DNA of 64,000 nucleotides from Synechococcus sp. UW140 (lineage in GTDB: Bacteria > Cyanobacteriota > Cyanobacteriia > PCC-6307 > Cyanobiaceae), in assembly GCA_943369315.1 (NCBI GenBank), contig CALRMW020000005.1:123956-187955 (forward strand). Direction: 5' to 3'. Numbering within the stretch: position 1 is the first letter of the stretch; each line of letters begins with the position of its first letter. Below the pieces are notes generated by a model. It was not told the DNA's origin. It ran no database searches and worked only from the letters and a program-made list of their open reading frames with translations. Positions 30,852-40,399 of this stretch are shown piece by piece. A program made the translations under genes and the position numbers.

Positions 30852-31999
30852 CGGGATGCGGGGGTGCGGGAGCGGGCCTCCAGCACCGCCACCAGGGCCT
30901 GGGCGATCGCCGCAGCCCGCTTCTCCCAGGTGCATCCCATGGCGAAGCGATGGCGCTCTGCCGCGCGGCCGTCCTCAAAGCCGGTGGCGGCGAGGTTCTT
31001 GAGGGTGGCCGTGAGGGCCTGGCCATCGGCGCAGTGATAGGCGAGAGAGGGGGTTTCGGCGATCTGGGCGCAGGTGCCGGTATAGAGAATCGGCTGACCG
31101 GTGGGCAGCTGGGAGAAGAAGCGGACGGGGCTGCTGCAGGGGTTGATGTCACCGTCGGTGAGGGGCAGCACGGCCGCGTCGAGGGTGGCGAAGCAGGCCT
31201 GGAGTTCGGTGTAGGGCATGGCGCCGAGGAAGCGGCAGCGCGGGCTGCTCTGGAGATGGGCGAGGCCGCTCACCTGGCGACGCACAGGCCCCACGAACAG
31301 CCAGCGGAGCTCAGGCAGCGCGTCATGGGCGGCCACGATCGGCATCAGGTCGACGCGGCTTCCGATCACGCCGATGATTCCGATCAGGGGGCGGAAATCA
31401 GCCGGCACCAGATCCGCCGGCAGGGCAGGACCGGGGGATGACGGGGGAGGCAGCTCGGCGGGCAGCCAGGAGGAGGGAATGCCGTTGGGAATGATGTGAA
31501 AGCGGGATTTCTCAATGCCATACCGACCACGGATCACCTCGGCAAGGCGCCGTGACACCGGGAAGATCAGATCCGCATGGCCGACCAGATCCTGCTCCTG
31601 ATCGAGTCGGACATGGGGGTAAGCCGCGTAGTCATCGCTGACGAGATAAGCAATGACGGAAGCAAGGGCGCGGTAGTGAATCGCGTAGGGCCAGAAATAG
31701 GGATCGGTGATGATCAAGGCGTCGGCCTTGCCGTAGGCCTCGAGCAGGCGACGCTCCACCACGGGGGCGAGCATCCTGACCAGCCAGCGATGACGGGAGA
31801 AGGCACCGCGGGGGAGGTCACAGGTCCGGCGACGGCGACCGAAGCAGGGCAGCCAGCCCCGCCAGCTGATCCGTGGCGCTATGGACTGCACCTGACAGAT
31901 TGTCTCCAGCGCACCGAACAGGGCCCGGTGATAGGGCTCTTCGGAACCGAGAACGAACAGGCGTTGAAGTTCATCCGTCGTCCTGGCTGAATCAGTCAC
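30848..31999 (-). CDS. Glycosyltransferase, GT-B fold (GT4-like)
   Basis: FHIIPNG, IGIIGVIG, FLGAMPYTELQACF, GQPIL, TWEKRA. Start uncertain (GTG 31999). Confidence 0.8.
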   Translation of the reverse strand: MTDSARTTDELQRLFVLGSEEPYHRALFGALETICQVQSIAPRISWRGWLPCFGRRRRTCDLPRGAFSRHRWLVRMLAPVVERRLLEAYGKADALIITDPYFWPYAIHYRALASVIAYLVSDDYAAYPHVRLDQEQDLVGHADLIFPVSRRLAEVIRGRYGIEKSRFHIIPNGIPSSWLPAELPPPSSPGPALPADLVPADFRPLIGIIGVIGSRVDLMPIVAAHDALPELRWLFVGPVRRQVSGLAHLQSSPRCRFLGAMPYTELQACFATLDAAVLPLTDGDINPCSSPVRFFSQLPTGQPILYTGTCAQIAETPSLAYHCADGQALTATLKNLAATGFEDGRAAERHRFAMGCTWEKRAAAIAQALVAVLEARSRTPASR

Positions 32000-32172
32000 G
32001 GCAGGACGAGTAGGGCATGGATTCTTGATCCTAGACGACCTTCCTCTACGCCCGACAGAGCCATTCTCCACCCGGAACAGGCAACGCTGATCGGCGCCTG
32101 CAAGAAGCACGGCCCCGGCTCAGGTCAAGGCCTGTATCCTTGGATCGGATGAAACCGTCCCGCTCTCCAGCC

Positions 32173-33282
32173 ATGTCAGGTTCTGAAATGGGAGGACACG
32201 GGCAGCAACCAACGGTCGTCTTCCTGCCTGACAAGCGACGCTTCAACCCCTACCAGAAGAGGCTTGCCGAAGCGCTGATCGATCAGGGCTTCAACGTCAT
32301 CGTCAAGGACCATCCTCCCCTTCTGGGAGCCTTTTTTCGGCAGCAGCGGCTGTATTCGAAGAATGTGATCGTGCACCTTCATTGGCTGAACGGTCTCACA
32401 GACCAGGCCGTCTACGCCCACTCCAGCATCCGATTCCTGACCTGGTATCTTCTGATCCTTCTCGATCTGGGGTTGTTCAGGCTCCGGGGAGGAAGACTGT
32501 TCTGGACAGTGCATAACCTGATCAGCCATGAATGCCCCAACCAAACCAGGGAGATCAAGGTCCGAAGACTGATCGCCAGATTTTCCGACGGCATTCATTT
32601 TCACAGCACATCGTCGATCGTCAGAGCTGAAGAGGCCTACGCCATCTCACTTCGGAACAAGGCGATCGTTGCAGCCCATGCCGGCTACCCCGAGGACTAT
32701 CCACCCAACCCATCCAGATCGCAAGCCCTGGCCCAGGAAAGCGAGATCAGCAGCGCCGACTTCACCTTTCTGTTCTTTGGCAACATCCGTCGGTACAAGG
32801 GTCTCGAGTCCCTTGTCGAGGCCTTCCGTCATCGCCTGGGATCCCACTACAGGCTCCTGGTGGCAGGGGCCACCATGCCGGGAGCCTCTGAGGAGTGGCT
32901 CTACGAAGCCTCACGGAATGACCCGCGCATTCGCCTGCGCATCGGCTACGTGCCGGACGCGGATGTGTCCGCGCTCTTCGCCCTCGCGGATGTGCTGGTG
33001 GCGCCCTACAGCGCCACCCTCACCTCGGGGGTGGTCTCGCTCGGGCTCACCTTCGGTTGTCCCATGGTGCTCCCGGAGGCCGCCAGGGTCTATGACCTGC
33101 CGGGCGATGCCGGGGCCGAATACTTCGCCCCCGGCCTCCTGTCGGAGGCCCTCTCCAGGATCGAGACCCGCGACCTCGACGGGATGCGGGCCTGCAACAG
33201 CAGCCTCGGCCGTTCCCTGACCTGGGAGGCCATGGCGCAGACGATCGCCACGGCCTACCGGAAGGCCGGCCGAAACCGTTGA
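32173..33282 (+). CDS. Glycosyltransferase family 4
   Basis: NPYQ, VHLHW, WTVHNLISHE, FFGNIRRYKGLESL, DVLVAPY, TSGVVSLGLTFG. Confidence 0.88.
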   Translation: MSGSEMGGHGQQPTVVFLPDKRRFNPYQKRLAEALIDQGFNVIVKDHPPLLGAFFRQQRLYSKNVIVHLHWLNGLTDQAVYAHSSIRFLTWYLLILLDLGLFRLRGGRLFWTVHNLISHECPNQTREIKVRRLIARFSDGIHFHSTSSIVRAEEAYAISLRNKAIVAAHAGYPEDYPPNPSRSQALAQESEISSADFTFLFFGNIRRYKGLESLVEAFRHRLGSHYRLLVAGATMPGASEEWLYEASRNDPRIRLRIGYVPDADVSALFALADVLVAPYSATLTSGVVSLGLTFGCPMVLPEAARVYDLPGDAGAEYFAPGLLSEALSRIETRDLDGMRACNSSLGRSLTWEAMAQTIATAYRKAGRNR

Positions 33283-34490
33283 AGCGGAGGGGTGTCGAGG
33301 GCCTCCAGCAGAGCCTCCCGCGCCTGATGGCGCAGGCCGCCGAGATGCTCCGCTGCGGCGGCACCGGCGTTCCGAGCTTCCGCAGGATCGCGGAGGTAGG
33401 CGAGCACGGCCGCCGCGAAATCGTCAGCCGTTCCTGCCACCGCGACCCCCGGGGCCAGGGCCATCCCCTCCACACCGGCCGGCGTGGTCACGATCGCCCG
33501 GCCATGGGCCATGGCTTCGACCGTCTTGATCTTCAAGCCGGTGCCGGAGCGCATGGGATTGATCATGAACAGCGACCGCTGATAGATCAGGCGGGGTGAT
33601 GGCACGATCCCCAGGAGTTGGACCTCCTCGGGGAAGGGCATCGCCCCACAGATCCCACCGGCAACCACCAGCCGGCCGACGCCACCCCTGTCCCTGACCA
33701 GCGGCCACACCTCCTCGAGAAACCAGCGCAGCCCCACCCGATTGAGGGGATTCGCCGAGGCCAGATAACCCACGACGGGAGCCTGAGCTTCGGCAAAGGG
33801 CAGAGGATCCGATGGAATGATGTGCCCTACGGTCCTGACGACACGCCGGCCATGGGTCAGGCGCTGGAAATAGCTGGATTCCCGCTCCTGGATGCCGAGG
33901 ATCACATCGGATCGCCGTAATCCTTTGCGCTCATCACCCTGATTCAAAGAGATCCAGAACTCCTGCGGATCCAGCTGAGCCTTCTGGAGCATGGCGTTCC
34001 GATCCGTGAAGACATCGTGACAATCAAGAATCTTCAGACAGCTGGAGTCGAAGGCCTCAAAGAAGGCGGAATGGATCACGTAGGACACCAGCACGCGCCT
34101 GTAGTGACCGGCCCGCTGGAGGCGGCGCGCCTCCGCGAGCCAGCTCGGATGAAACCAGTCGTCCAGAGGGCGGTTGCCGATGGGGAGGTCCGGCTCCGGC
34201 CCCGGCCTGCAGCGACGGCGGAGCCGCTGCCACGCCCCGGCGAGCCGCTGCCGGATCCGGGAGGCCAGCGGCCGCCGGCCACCCTCGGGCCAGACGAAGT
34301 CGTGGATCCAGTGGTCGACCGCCTTGCGGGTCTCCCGTGTTTCCTCAGCGGAGAGATCGACGCCGGCGAAATGGAGCTCAAAGCCCAGGGCCCGCAGGTC
34401 GTCGAGCAAGGCGGTCATGCGGCTCCGGTTGCCGGCGTAGGGGGGGCCGACGCCGATCCTTGAGATGACCAGGAGACGTCGATCCGTCAT
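33255..34490 (-). CDS. Glycosyltransferase family 4
   Basis: ILDCHDVF, WFLEEVWP, NPMRSGTGLKIKTVEAMAHGRAIVTT. Confidence 0.88.
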   Translation of the reverse strand: MTDRRLLVISRIGVGPPYAGNRSRMTALLDDLRALGFELHFAGVDLSAEETRETRKAVDHWIHDFVWPEGGRRPLASRIRQRLAGAWQRLRRRCRPGPEPDLPIGNRPLDDWFHPSWLAEARRLQRAGHYRRVLVSYVIHSAFFEAFDSSCLKILDCHDVFTDRNAMLQKAQLDPQEFWISLNQGDERKGLRRSDVILGIQERESSYFQRLTHGRRVVRTVGHIIPSDPLPFAEAQAPVVGYLASANPLNRVGLRWFLEEVWPLVRDRGGVGRLVVAGGICGAMPFPEEVQLLGIVPSPRLIYQRSLFMINPMRSGTGLKIKTVEAMAHGRAIVTTPAGVEGMALAPGVAVAGTADDFAAAVLAYLRDPAEARNAGAAAAEHLGGLRHQAREALLEALDTPPLQRFRPAFR

Positions 34491-34786
34491 CAGGACACCG
34501 CCAGGTCCCCCACCGCCGGCCGCCACCCCTGCAGCTGCCAGTGCACACACCCCGCCATGACCATCGGATCCTGCAGCACCAGGGCCAGGGCGGCGGCATG
34601 GTCGGGAGCCTCGAGCAGCAGCAGGCCTCCGCCGCCGGGCCGCCCCCGGTCGTCCACCAGGTAGCCACTGCTGACACTGCGGCCCTCCCGACGCAACCGC
34701 TCCACCCAGCGGCGATGCTCCTGCAGGTGGGGCATCACCGCCTCATGGGGGAGGCGGAAGGTCTCGGTCTTGAGGAACCAGGCCAT
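34490..34786 (-). CDS. YciI-family protein
   Basis: HLQEHRRWV, SGYLVD, GGGGLL, QDPMV. TGATG coupling to the downstream GT. Confidence 0.85.
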   Translation of the reverse strand: MAWFLKTETFRLPHEAVMPHLQEHRRWVERLRREGRSVSSGYLVDDRGRPGGGGLLLLEAPDHAAALALVLQDPMVMAGCVHWQLQGWRPAVGDLAVS

Positions 34787-34866
34787 GGCGGGAACGGAAC
34801 ACCACATCGGGCTCCGGGCCGCGCCCCGAAAGGGAGTAGGACGGAGAGTCCGTAGTCGATGGTCCC

Positions 34867-35031
34867 ATGTCCAAATCCCAGCTCACCGCTTTCCTCGCCA
34901 AAGTCGCCGCCGATCCGGCCCTCAAGGCCCGTGTGGATGCGGCGGCCGACAATGATGCCGTGGTCGCCATCGCGCTCTCCGAAGGTCACACCTTCTCCCC
35001 CGCCACCTTCAGCCGTTTCTCGCGCGGCTGA
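34867..35031 (+). CDS. Nif11-like leader-peptide family protein, 54 aa
   Basis: Hand translation MSKSQLTAFLAKVAADPALKARVDAAADNDAVVAIALSEGHTFSPATFSRFSRG*. It matches the Nif11 pattern MSxxQLxAFLxKVxxDxxL...VVAIAxxxGxxF. Absent from the ORF track. Confidence 0.85.
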   Translation: MSKSQLTAFLAKVAADPALKARVDAAADNDAVVAIALSEGHTFSPATFSRFSRG

Positions 35032-35059
35032 AGGTGGCGGGGCCTGTCGCAGCTGGACG

Positions 35060-35965
35060 ATGGAGGGGACGACGCAGGAGCGGAGCGGGGTGAACCCGGC
35101 CAGCGCATGGGTGCTCCCAGGGGCGTCCCTGGCCTCCCATCCTCCGGCCAGCCGCGGCATCCCCAGGATCATCCACCAGACGTTCAGCACCAGGAGCCGG
35201 ATGCCGGCCGTGCTCGACGCGAACTGCCGCGCGATCGAAGCCCTCAACCCGGACTTCAGCTATCGCTTCTACGACGATCGCGATCGTGAGCGCTTCATCG
35301 GCGACACCTACGGCGAGGCGATCCTGGCCCGCTATCGGCGGATCGATCCTGCCTACGGTGCCGCCCGCGCCGATCTGTTCCGCTATCTGTGCATCTACCA
35401 CTTCGGCGGTGTCTACCTGGACGTCAAGGTCCACGTCACCCGGCCCCTCTCGGAGGGCCTTCGCGACGATGATGCCTTCCTGCTGAGCCAGTGGGACCAT
35501 TCGCCCGAGAGCCCCCATGCCGGCTGGGGCACCCACCGGCGACTGGCCGCCATCCCGGGCGGTGAATTCCAGCAGTGGCACGTCATCGCCTCTCCTGGCC
35601 ATCCCTATCTGGCCGCCGTGATCGCGGCGGTGCTCAGCAACATCGATCGCTTCGATCCCTTCGCCTTCGCCCATCCCTGGGAGGCGGTGATCTGCACCAC
35701 CGGCCCGGTGGTCTACACGCAGAGCATCCAGCGGATTCTGGAGGCCCATCCCCACCGGCGGCTGACCGGCAGCGAGGAGATCGGCCTGCGCTACAGCCTC
35801 TTCGATGGCTCGGTTGATCCGGACGCCCACCGGCGGCTCTACAAGGATTACCGGAAAGCCGAAACCCCGCTGGTCCGCCAGCCCTTTCCCCTCTCCCTGC
35901 TCTGGCCCCTGCTCAACCTGGCCCGGAAGCTGGCGCGGCGCGCCCGGGGGCTGCTGCGGCGCTGA
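35060..35965 (+). CDS. Glycosyltransferase family 32-like (Och1/SurA-type sugar-binding region)
   Basis: IPRIIHQT, YRFYDD, ARADLFRY, GGVYLD, CTTGP. Confidence 0.85.
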   Translation: MEGTTQERSGVNPASAWVLPGASLASHPPASRGIPRIIHQTFSTRSRMPAVLDANCRAIEALNPDFSYRFYDDRDRERFIGDTYGEAILARYRRIDPAYGAARADLFRYLCIYHFGGVYLDVKVHVTRPLSEGLRDDDAFLLSQWDHSPESPHAGWGTHRRLAAIPGGEFQQWHVIASPGHPYLAAVIAAVLSNIDRFDPFAFAHPWEAVICTTGPVVYTQSIQRILEAHPHRRLTGSEEIGLRYSLFDGSVDPDAHRRLYKDYRKAETPLVRQPFPLSLLWPLLNLARKLARRARGLLRR

Positions 35966-35996
35966 ACCCGCAAGCCGGTCGCAGAACGGCGCAACC

Positions 35997-37478
35997 TCAG
36001 TCCGCCACCCAGCTGCCATGCAGGCCATGGGGAATAGCCAGGGGAAGCTCCAGCACGGCGACCTCTCCCATCGAGGCGGCGTCAAGCACCACCAGATCGC
36101 TGGCGCTGCGGGCGCCGTTCCAGACCAGGCCGAGCACCCAGCCGTCGTCCTCGGCCGTGGCGCCGGGACGGGGCACCATGATTGGCTCACTGACGAACCC
36201 GCGGGGCGCCGCACTCCAGACCCGGGACTCACCGCTGCTGAGGTCGAGCTTCATCAGGGCCTGCAGGGGGTCGTTACCCCGCTCCCGCTCCGCCACCGCC
36301 ATCCAGCCATAGCGGCTCTCGAGCCCCACCCGGGCCGGAGCCACCATGGCGAATTCACAGGTGCGCTCACTCAGCCGCGTGGCCGTGACCGTGCCGCTGG
36401 CCAGATCGAGACGGCAGCGCTCCAGGAGCCCCTCGGGGATGCGGTCGAAGTCGACCTCCTTGTAATCCTGGTCGGGGCCGATGGAGGGGAAGTCGGCGTA
36501 GAAGATGCTGTCGACCACCACCGCATCGCCGTCCTCCCAGGCATTGAGGTGGTGGAACACGAACCCTTCCGGGGCCTCCAGCACCCGCGGCTCCTGGCCG
36601 GCGAAGGCGCCGTCCTGGCGCGGAATCAGCCAGAACTGGCCACGGGCTCCGGCTCGGGACTTCAGGCACTGGGCGGCCCCCTTGCGGCCGAGCACGTAGG
36701 GAAGCGGGTTGAAGTCGATGGCGTTCTGCAGGAACACCGCCCAATTGGGGGTGATGGCGAAATCGTGCAGGAAGGCGAAGCCGCCGAAGCTGTGGCTGGA
36801 GTCGGCCAACAGGGTGCCGGCCCCGGGGCCGTCGGCGGCGAACTCCATCAGGCGCACCGTGCTACGGGGGCCGGCCTTCACCCCGAAGGTGACCATGCGG
36901 GGAGCGCCGTGGTGGCCGGGATCGAAGCGGGGGTGGGCACTGAAGGCCTCACCCGGCTTGAGCACCCCATCCAGCAGCGTCAGGCCACGGGTCTCGAGGC
37001 TGGCGGGATCGAGGGCATGGGGGGAGCTGGCCTCCCAGAGGGCGAGCAGCTGGTCGCCGAGTCGCACCACATGGGTGTTGGCGATGTTCTTGAGCCGCAG
37101 ATCGAAGGCGTTGGCCAGCGGGCCGCCGGGCTTGGGGGTGCCGAAGACGCCCCGGTAAAGCACCGTGCCGGCCTTCTCCTCGGCCAGCCAGCCCTCGGTG
37201 CGCACGAAGCGGTTGCTGAGCCGGACACCACCCTCCAAGAAGCGCAGGGCCGTGATCATCCCGTCGCCGTCGAAGGGGTGGTGGACCCAGTGACCACCGC
37301 GCTCGAGGCGGCCGGGACCGTTGCGGTAGAGCGTGCCGCTCAGCTCGGCCGGGATCGCCCCACGGGCCGCCAAGAGAGGCTCGTCGCTGAGCTCGACGCT
37401 GACATTGCAGAAGGAGCTGGCCCAGTCGGCGCGGTCGTAGGCAGGCGAGGCCGCAGCGGCGGGGGAGGCAACGGTCAT
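35997..37478 (-). CDS. Carotenoid/apocarotenoid oxygenase (RPE65 family)
   Basis: GTLYRNGPG, HPFDGDGM, SAHPRFD, FLHDFAIT, FVFHHLNAWE, EPIMVP, PHGLHGSW. Confidence 0.94.
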   Translation of the reverse strand: MTVASPAAAASPAYDRADWASSFCNVSVELSDEPLLAARGAIPAELSGTLYRNGPGRLERGGHWVHHPFDGDGMITALRFLEGGVRLSNRFVRTEGWLAEEKAGTVLYRGVFGTPKPGGPLANAFDLRLKNIANTHVVRLGDQLLALWEASSPHALDPASLETRGLTLLDGVLKPGEAFSAHPRFDPGHHGAPRMVTFGVKAGPRSTVRLMEFAADGPGAGTLLADSSHSFGGFAFLHDFAITPNWAVFLQNAIDFNPLPYVLGRKGAAQCLKSRAGARGQFWLIPRQDGAFAGQEPRVLEAPEGFVFHHLNAWEDGDAVVVDSIFYADFPSIGPDQDYKEVDFDRIPEGLLERCRLDLASGTVTATRLSERTCEFAMVAPARVGLESRYGWMAVAERERGNDPLQALMKLDLSSGESRVWSAAPRGFVSEPIMVPRPGATAEDDGWVLGLVWNGARSASDLVVLDAASMGEVAVLELPLAIPHGLHGSWVAD

Positions 37479-37564
37479 CGGATCAGCCCACGGGAAGAAC
37501 AGCGCAGCGCGCCGTTCCGATTATCACGTAACGGAGTGTGAAGGCGTGGGCGGCTGTCCCGCCA

Positions 37565-37723
37565 TCAGCTCTCGCAGGGCAGCTCCACCACGGGGCAGGG
37601 GGGCTGGGACACGGCGCAGGGGGCCGCCTCGACCTGGCTGGGCAGGCAGTCGGCGGCACGGGCCGGGGCAGCCACGGCAACGGCGGCGGTGAAACCCGCC
37701 AGCAGCAGAAGGACAGGACTCAT
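37565..37723 (-). CDS. Putative 52-aa secreted peptide with four Cys
   Basis: Hand translation MSPVLLLLAGFTAAVAVAAPARA-ADCLPSQVEAAPCAVSQPPCPVVELPCES*. Signal peptide with AxA site, GC3-biased codons, fills the hisB-oxygenase gap on the same strand. Confidence 0.6.
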   Translation of the reverse strand: MSPVLLLLAGFTAAVAVAAPARAADCLPSQVEAAPCAVSQPPCPVVELPCES

Positions 37724-37765
37724 GGCGCGTACGCAGATCACCTGATGCTAGTGGCGACGCCCCCG

Positions 37766-38407
37766 TCAGGCACCGCCATGACCGGCTCGCTCCAGCACCC
37801 CCTTGCTGCTGGGCACGGCCCCACCGCGGCGGGGATCGATCTCCACCGCCTGGTCGAGGGCACGGGCGAACGCCTTGAAGCCGGCCTCGACGATGTGATG
37901 GGAGTTCACCCCCGCCAGCTGGCGGATGTGCAGGGTGAGGCCGGCGTTGTTGGCCACCGCCACGAAGAATTCCCGCACCAGTTCGGTGTCGTAGGTACCG
38001 ATGCGCTGGGCGGGGATGGCCAGGTCGTAGCTGAGGTGGGGCCGACCGGAGCAGTCGAGGGCCACCTGCACCAGGGCCTCATCGAGGGGGGCCAGGAAGT
38101 GGCCGAAGCGGCGGATGCCCCGGCGGTCCGCCAGGGCCTGGGCCAGGGCCTGGCCCAGGGCGATGCCCACGTCCTCGTTGGTGTGGTGGTCGTCGATGTG
38201 GGTGTCGCCCCTGGCGGTGATCTCCAGATCCAGCAGGCCGTGGCTGGCGATCTGGTGGAGCATGTGGTCGAGGAACGGCACGCCGGTGGCCACCTGACAG
38301 CGGCCGCTGCCATCGAGATCGAGGGCCACGTGCACGTCCGTCTCACCGGTGACGCGATGGATCTCGCCGGTGCGCTGGGGGCCGGTGCGTGGAGGGCTGG
38401 TGGACAC
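37766..38407 (-). CDS. hisB: Imidazoleglycerol-phosphate dehydratase
   Basis: [39 protein letters not shown]. Start uncertain (38407 or 38440). Confidence 0.97.
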   Translation of the reverse strand: MSTSPPRTGPQRTGEIHRVTGETDVHVALDLDGSGRCQVATGVPFLDHMLHQIASHGLLDLEITARGDTHIDDHHTNEDVGIALGQALAQALADRRGIRRFGHFLAPLDEALVQVALDCSGRPHLSYDLAIPAQRIGTYDTELVREFFVAVANNAGLTLHIRQLAGVNSHHIVEAGFKAFARALDQAVEIDPRRGGAVPSSKGVLERAGHGGA

Positions 38408-38553
38408 GCGAGCGAAGGCAACGGGCCGGACCTGAATCATGCCAAAGCCCCCGGGGCCGCGCTCCGAGGGCGCGATGGGCCCCTCGGGGTCCGGTGGGCC
38501 CATGGTGTGAAGCGCTACGGCGCCGGGCCGCCAGGGGTGGTGGGGTGAGTCCC

Positions 38554-39156
38554 ATGCATGAACGTCCGGGTGCCGTCCTCGATCAGCTGCGCGCCGGGCA
38601 CCAGCGCTTTCTCGACGGCCATGTGCTCCACCCCCACAGCGATCGCCTGCGGATGCTGGAGGTGGAATCGGGCCAGACTCCGGTGGCGGCGGTCCTGGGC
38701 TGCGCCGATTCGCGGGTGCCGGTGGAGCTGCTGTTCGACACGGGCTTCGGCGATCTGTTCGTGGTGCGCAATGCCGGCACGATGAGCACCGTGGCCGCCA
38801 TCGCCTCGCTCGAGTACGCCGTGAGCCACCTGGGGGTGCCGGTGATCGTGGTGCTCGGCCACGCCGCCTGCGGTGCGGTGGCGGCCGCCTTCGACCGGGA
38901 GCTCAACCTGACGCCAAGCCTGGCCCAGGTGGTGGGCCAGCTGCGCATGGAACTGTTCAGCCTCGGGGGCGAACACAACCTGGAGGAGGCCTGTCGGCGT
39001 CACACCCTCAACGCCGCCCGCAACCTCGTCGATTCCAGCGTGATGCTCACCGACCGGCTCCGATCGGGCCGGCTGCAGGTGGAGGCGGCGTACTACAACC
39101 TGCACACCACCAGCATCGAATGGATGGGAGCCCTGATGCCGATGCCTCAGGGCTGA
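38554..39156 (+). CDS. Beta-class carbonic anhydrase
   Basis: [35 protein letters not shown]: intact Cys/His/Cys zinc ligands. Confidence 0.93.
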   Translation: MHERPGAVLDQLRAGHQRFLDGHVLHPHSDRLRMLEVESGQTPVAAVLGCADSRVPVELLFDTGFGDLFVVRNAGTMSTVAAIASLEYAVSHLGVPVIVVLGHAACGAVAAAFDRELNLTPSLAQVVGQLRMELFSLGGEHNLEEACRRHTLNAARNLVDSSVMLTDRLRSGRLQVEAAYYNLHTTSIEWMGALMPMPQG

Positions 39157-40283
39157 GCCGGCAGGGCCGCCAGGATCCGTTCCACCCGGCTTTCCCAGGT
39201 CTGGGCGGCGGCGAAGGCCACACGGGCGCGGAACTTCTCCAGGCCGTCGGAAGCCAGCTCCTCATCGATGGCCTGCAGGAAGCGGTCGGGATCCTTTTCG
39301 ATCCGGATCAGGGGACCGGCCAGCTCCAGTCCCTCCACGGCGGAGGAGACCACCGGCTTGCCACTGGCGATGTATTGAAAGAGTTTCAGCGGACTCATCG
39401 ACCGCGAGAAGGGCGTATCGAGATGGGGAATCAGGCAGAGATTCATCCGCTTCAGCTGCATCGGCACCTGATCATTGGGAAGGCTCCCGAGCCACTCCAC
39501 ATTGCCGAGGCCGAGCAGGCCGGAGTCCGACAGGCGCCGGTTGAGTTCGGGGCCCACCAGCAGGAGTCGGCAGTGGGGCCGCTCCAGGGCGATCCTGCGC
39601 AGCAGATCGATGTCCGTGCGATCCCAGAACGTGCCGACATACCCCAGAACCGGCTGGGGGCCGGCGGGCCTGAAGTCAGAGGCCTCCGCCAGAAAAGCCG
39701 AACTCACGGCCTGATCGATCCGGACACAGGGAGCCTGGGGCGAGAACTTCTGCTCGTTCGCCTTTGAGGTGACGGCGATCAGGTCGGCCATCGCTCCGAG
39801 GCGCGGATACTGATCCACCGCAAAGGGGTAGTACCAGTCGGTCTTGTCCACCAATGTGAAATCATCCACGATCTGAATGATCCGGGCCGCAGCGGGCACC
39901 TGGTGCACCAGTTCATCCACCACGGGATGGGGCGGGAACAACCAGAGCAGGGTGTTCCGTTCCCGGAACCCCAGGGATCGGATCCGTCGCCCCAGGGCGA
40001 TGCGCTCCCGTTGCAGCTTCAGCCTTGAACCGAGGCTTCGCAGCCGAAAGGGGCTGATGCCAACCGGTCTCCAGTAAAGCCGCGCGACCGCAAGCCTCTC
40101 GGAGATGACCTGAAAGGACGTGGCCAGCGTCTCCCCCTTGGACGAGGGCAGAACCACAAGCACCTGCTCAACATGGTCGCAACGGCTCAGCGTCGTGGCG
40201 ATCTGTTCATAGGTGCGGCCGTAGACCCCCCAGTCATCGCCGAACCAGAACAGAAGAATATGGGATAAGCGTTGATGTTGCAT
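39147..40283 (-). CDS. Glycosyltransferase, GT-B fold (GT4-like)
   Basis: VLGYVGTFWDRTD, NVEWLG, SPLKLFQYIASGKPVVSS, TWESRV. Confidence 0.87.
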   Translation of the reverse strand: MQHQRLSHILLFWFGDDWGVYGRTYEQIATTLSRCDHVEQVLVVLPSSKGETLATSFQVISERLAVARLYWRPVGISPFRLRSLGSRLKLQRERIALGRRIRSLGFRERNTLLWLFPPHPVVDELVHQVPAAARIIQIVDDFTLVDKTDWYYPFAVDQYPRLGAMADLIAVTSKANEQKFSPQAPCVRIDQAVSSAFLAEASDFRPAGPQPVLGYVGTFWDRTDIDLLRRIALERPHCRLLLVGPELNRRLSDSGLLGLGNVEWLGSLPNDQVPMQLKRMNLCLIPHLDTPFSRSMSPLKLFQYIASGKPVVSSAVEGLELAGPLIRIEKDPDRFLQAIDEELASDGLEKFRARVAFAAAQTWESRVERILAALPAQP

Positions 40284-40399
40284 CTTGCACGTAGCGGAAC
40301 ATCCAACCACCTGTTTCGCTGAAGATTGGCGCTTGAACAAGGTTCAAACCATTGGCAGCGCCCGCTGCAGGCCCGCTGTGAGAGCCACCAGTCGGGCGC

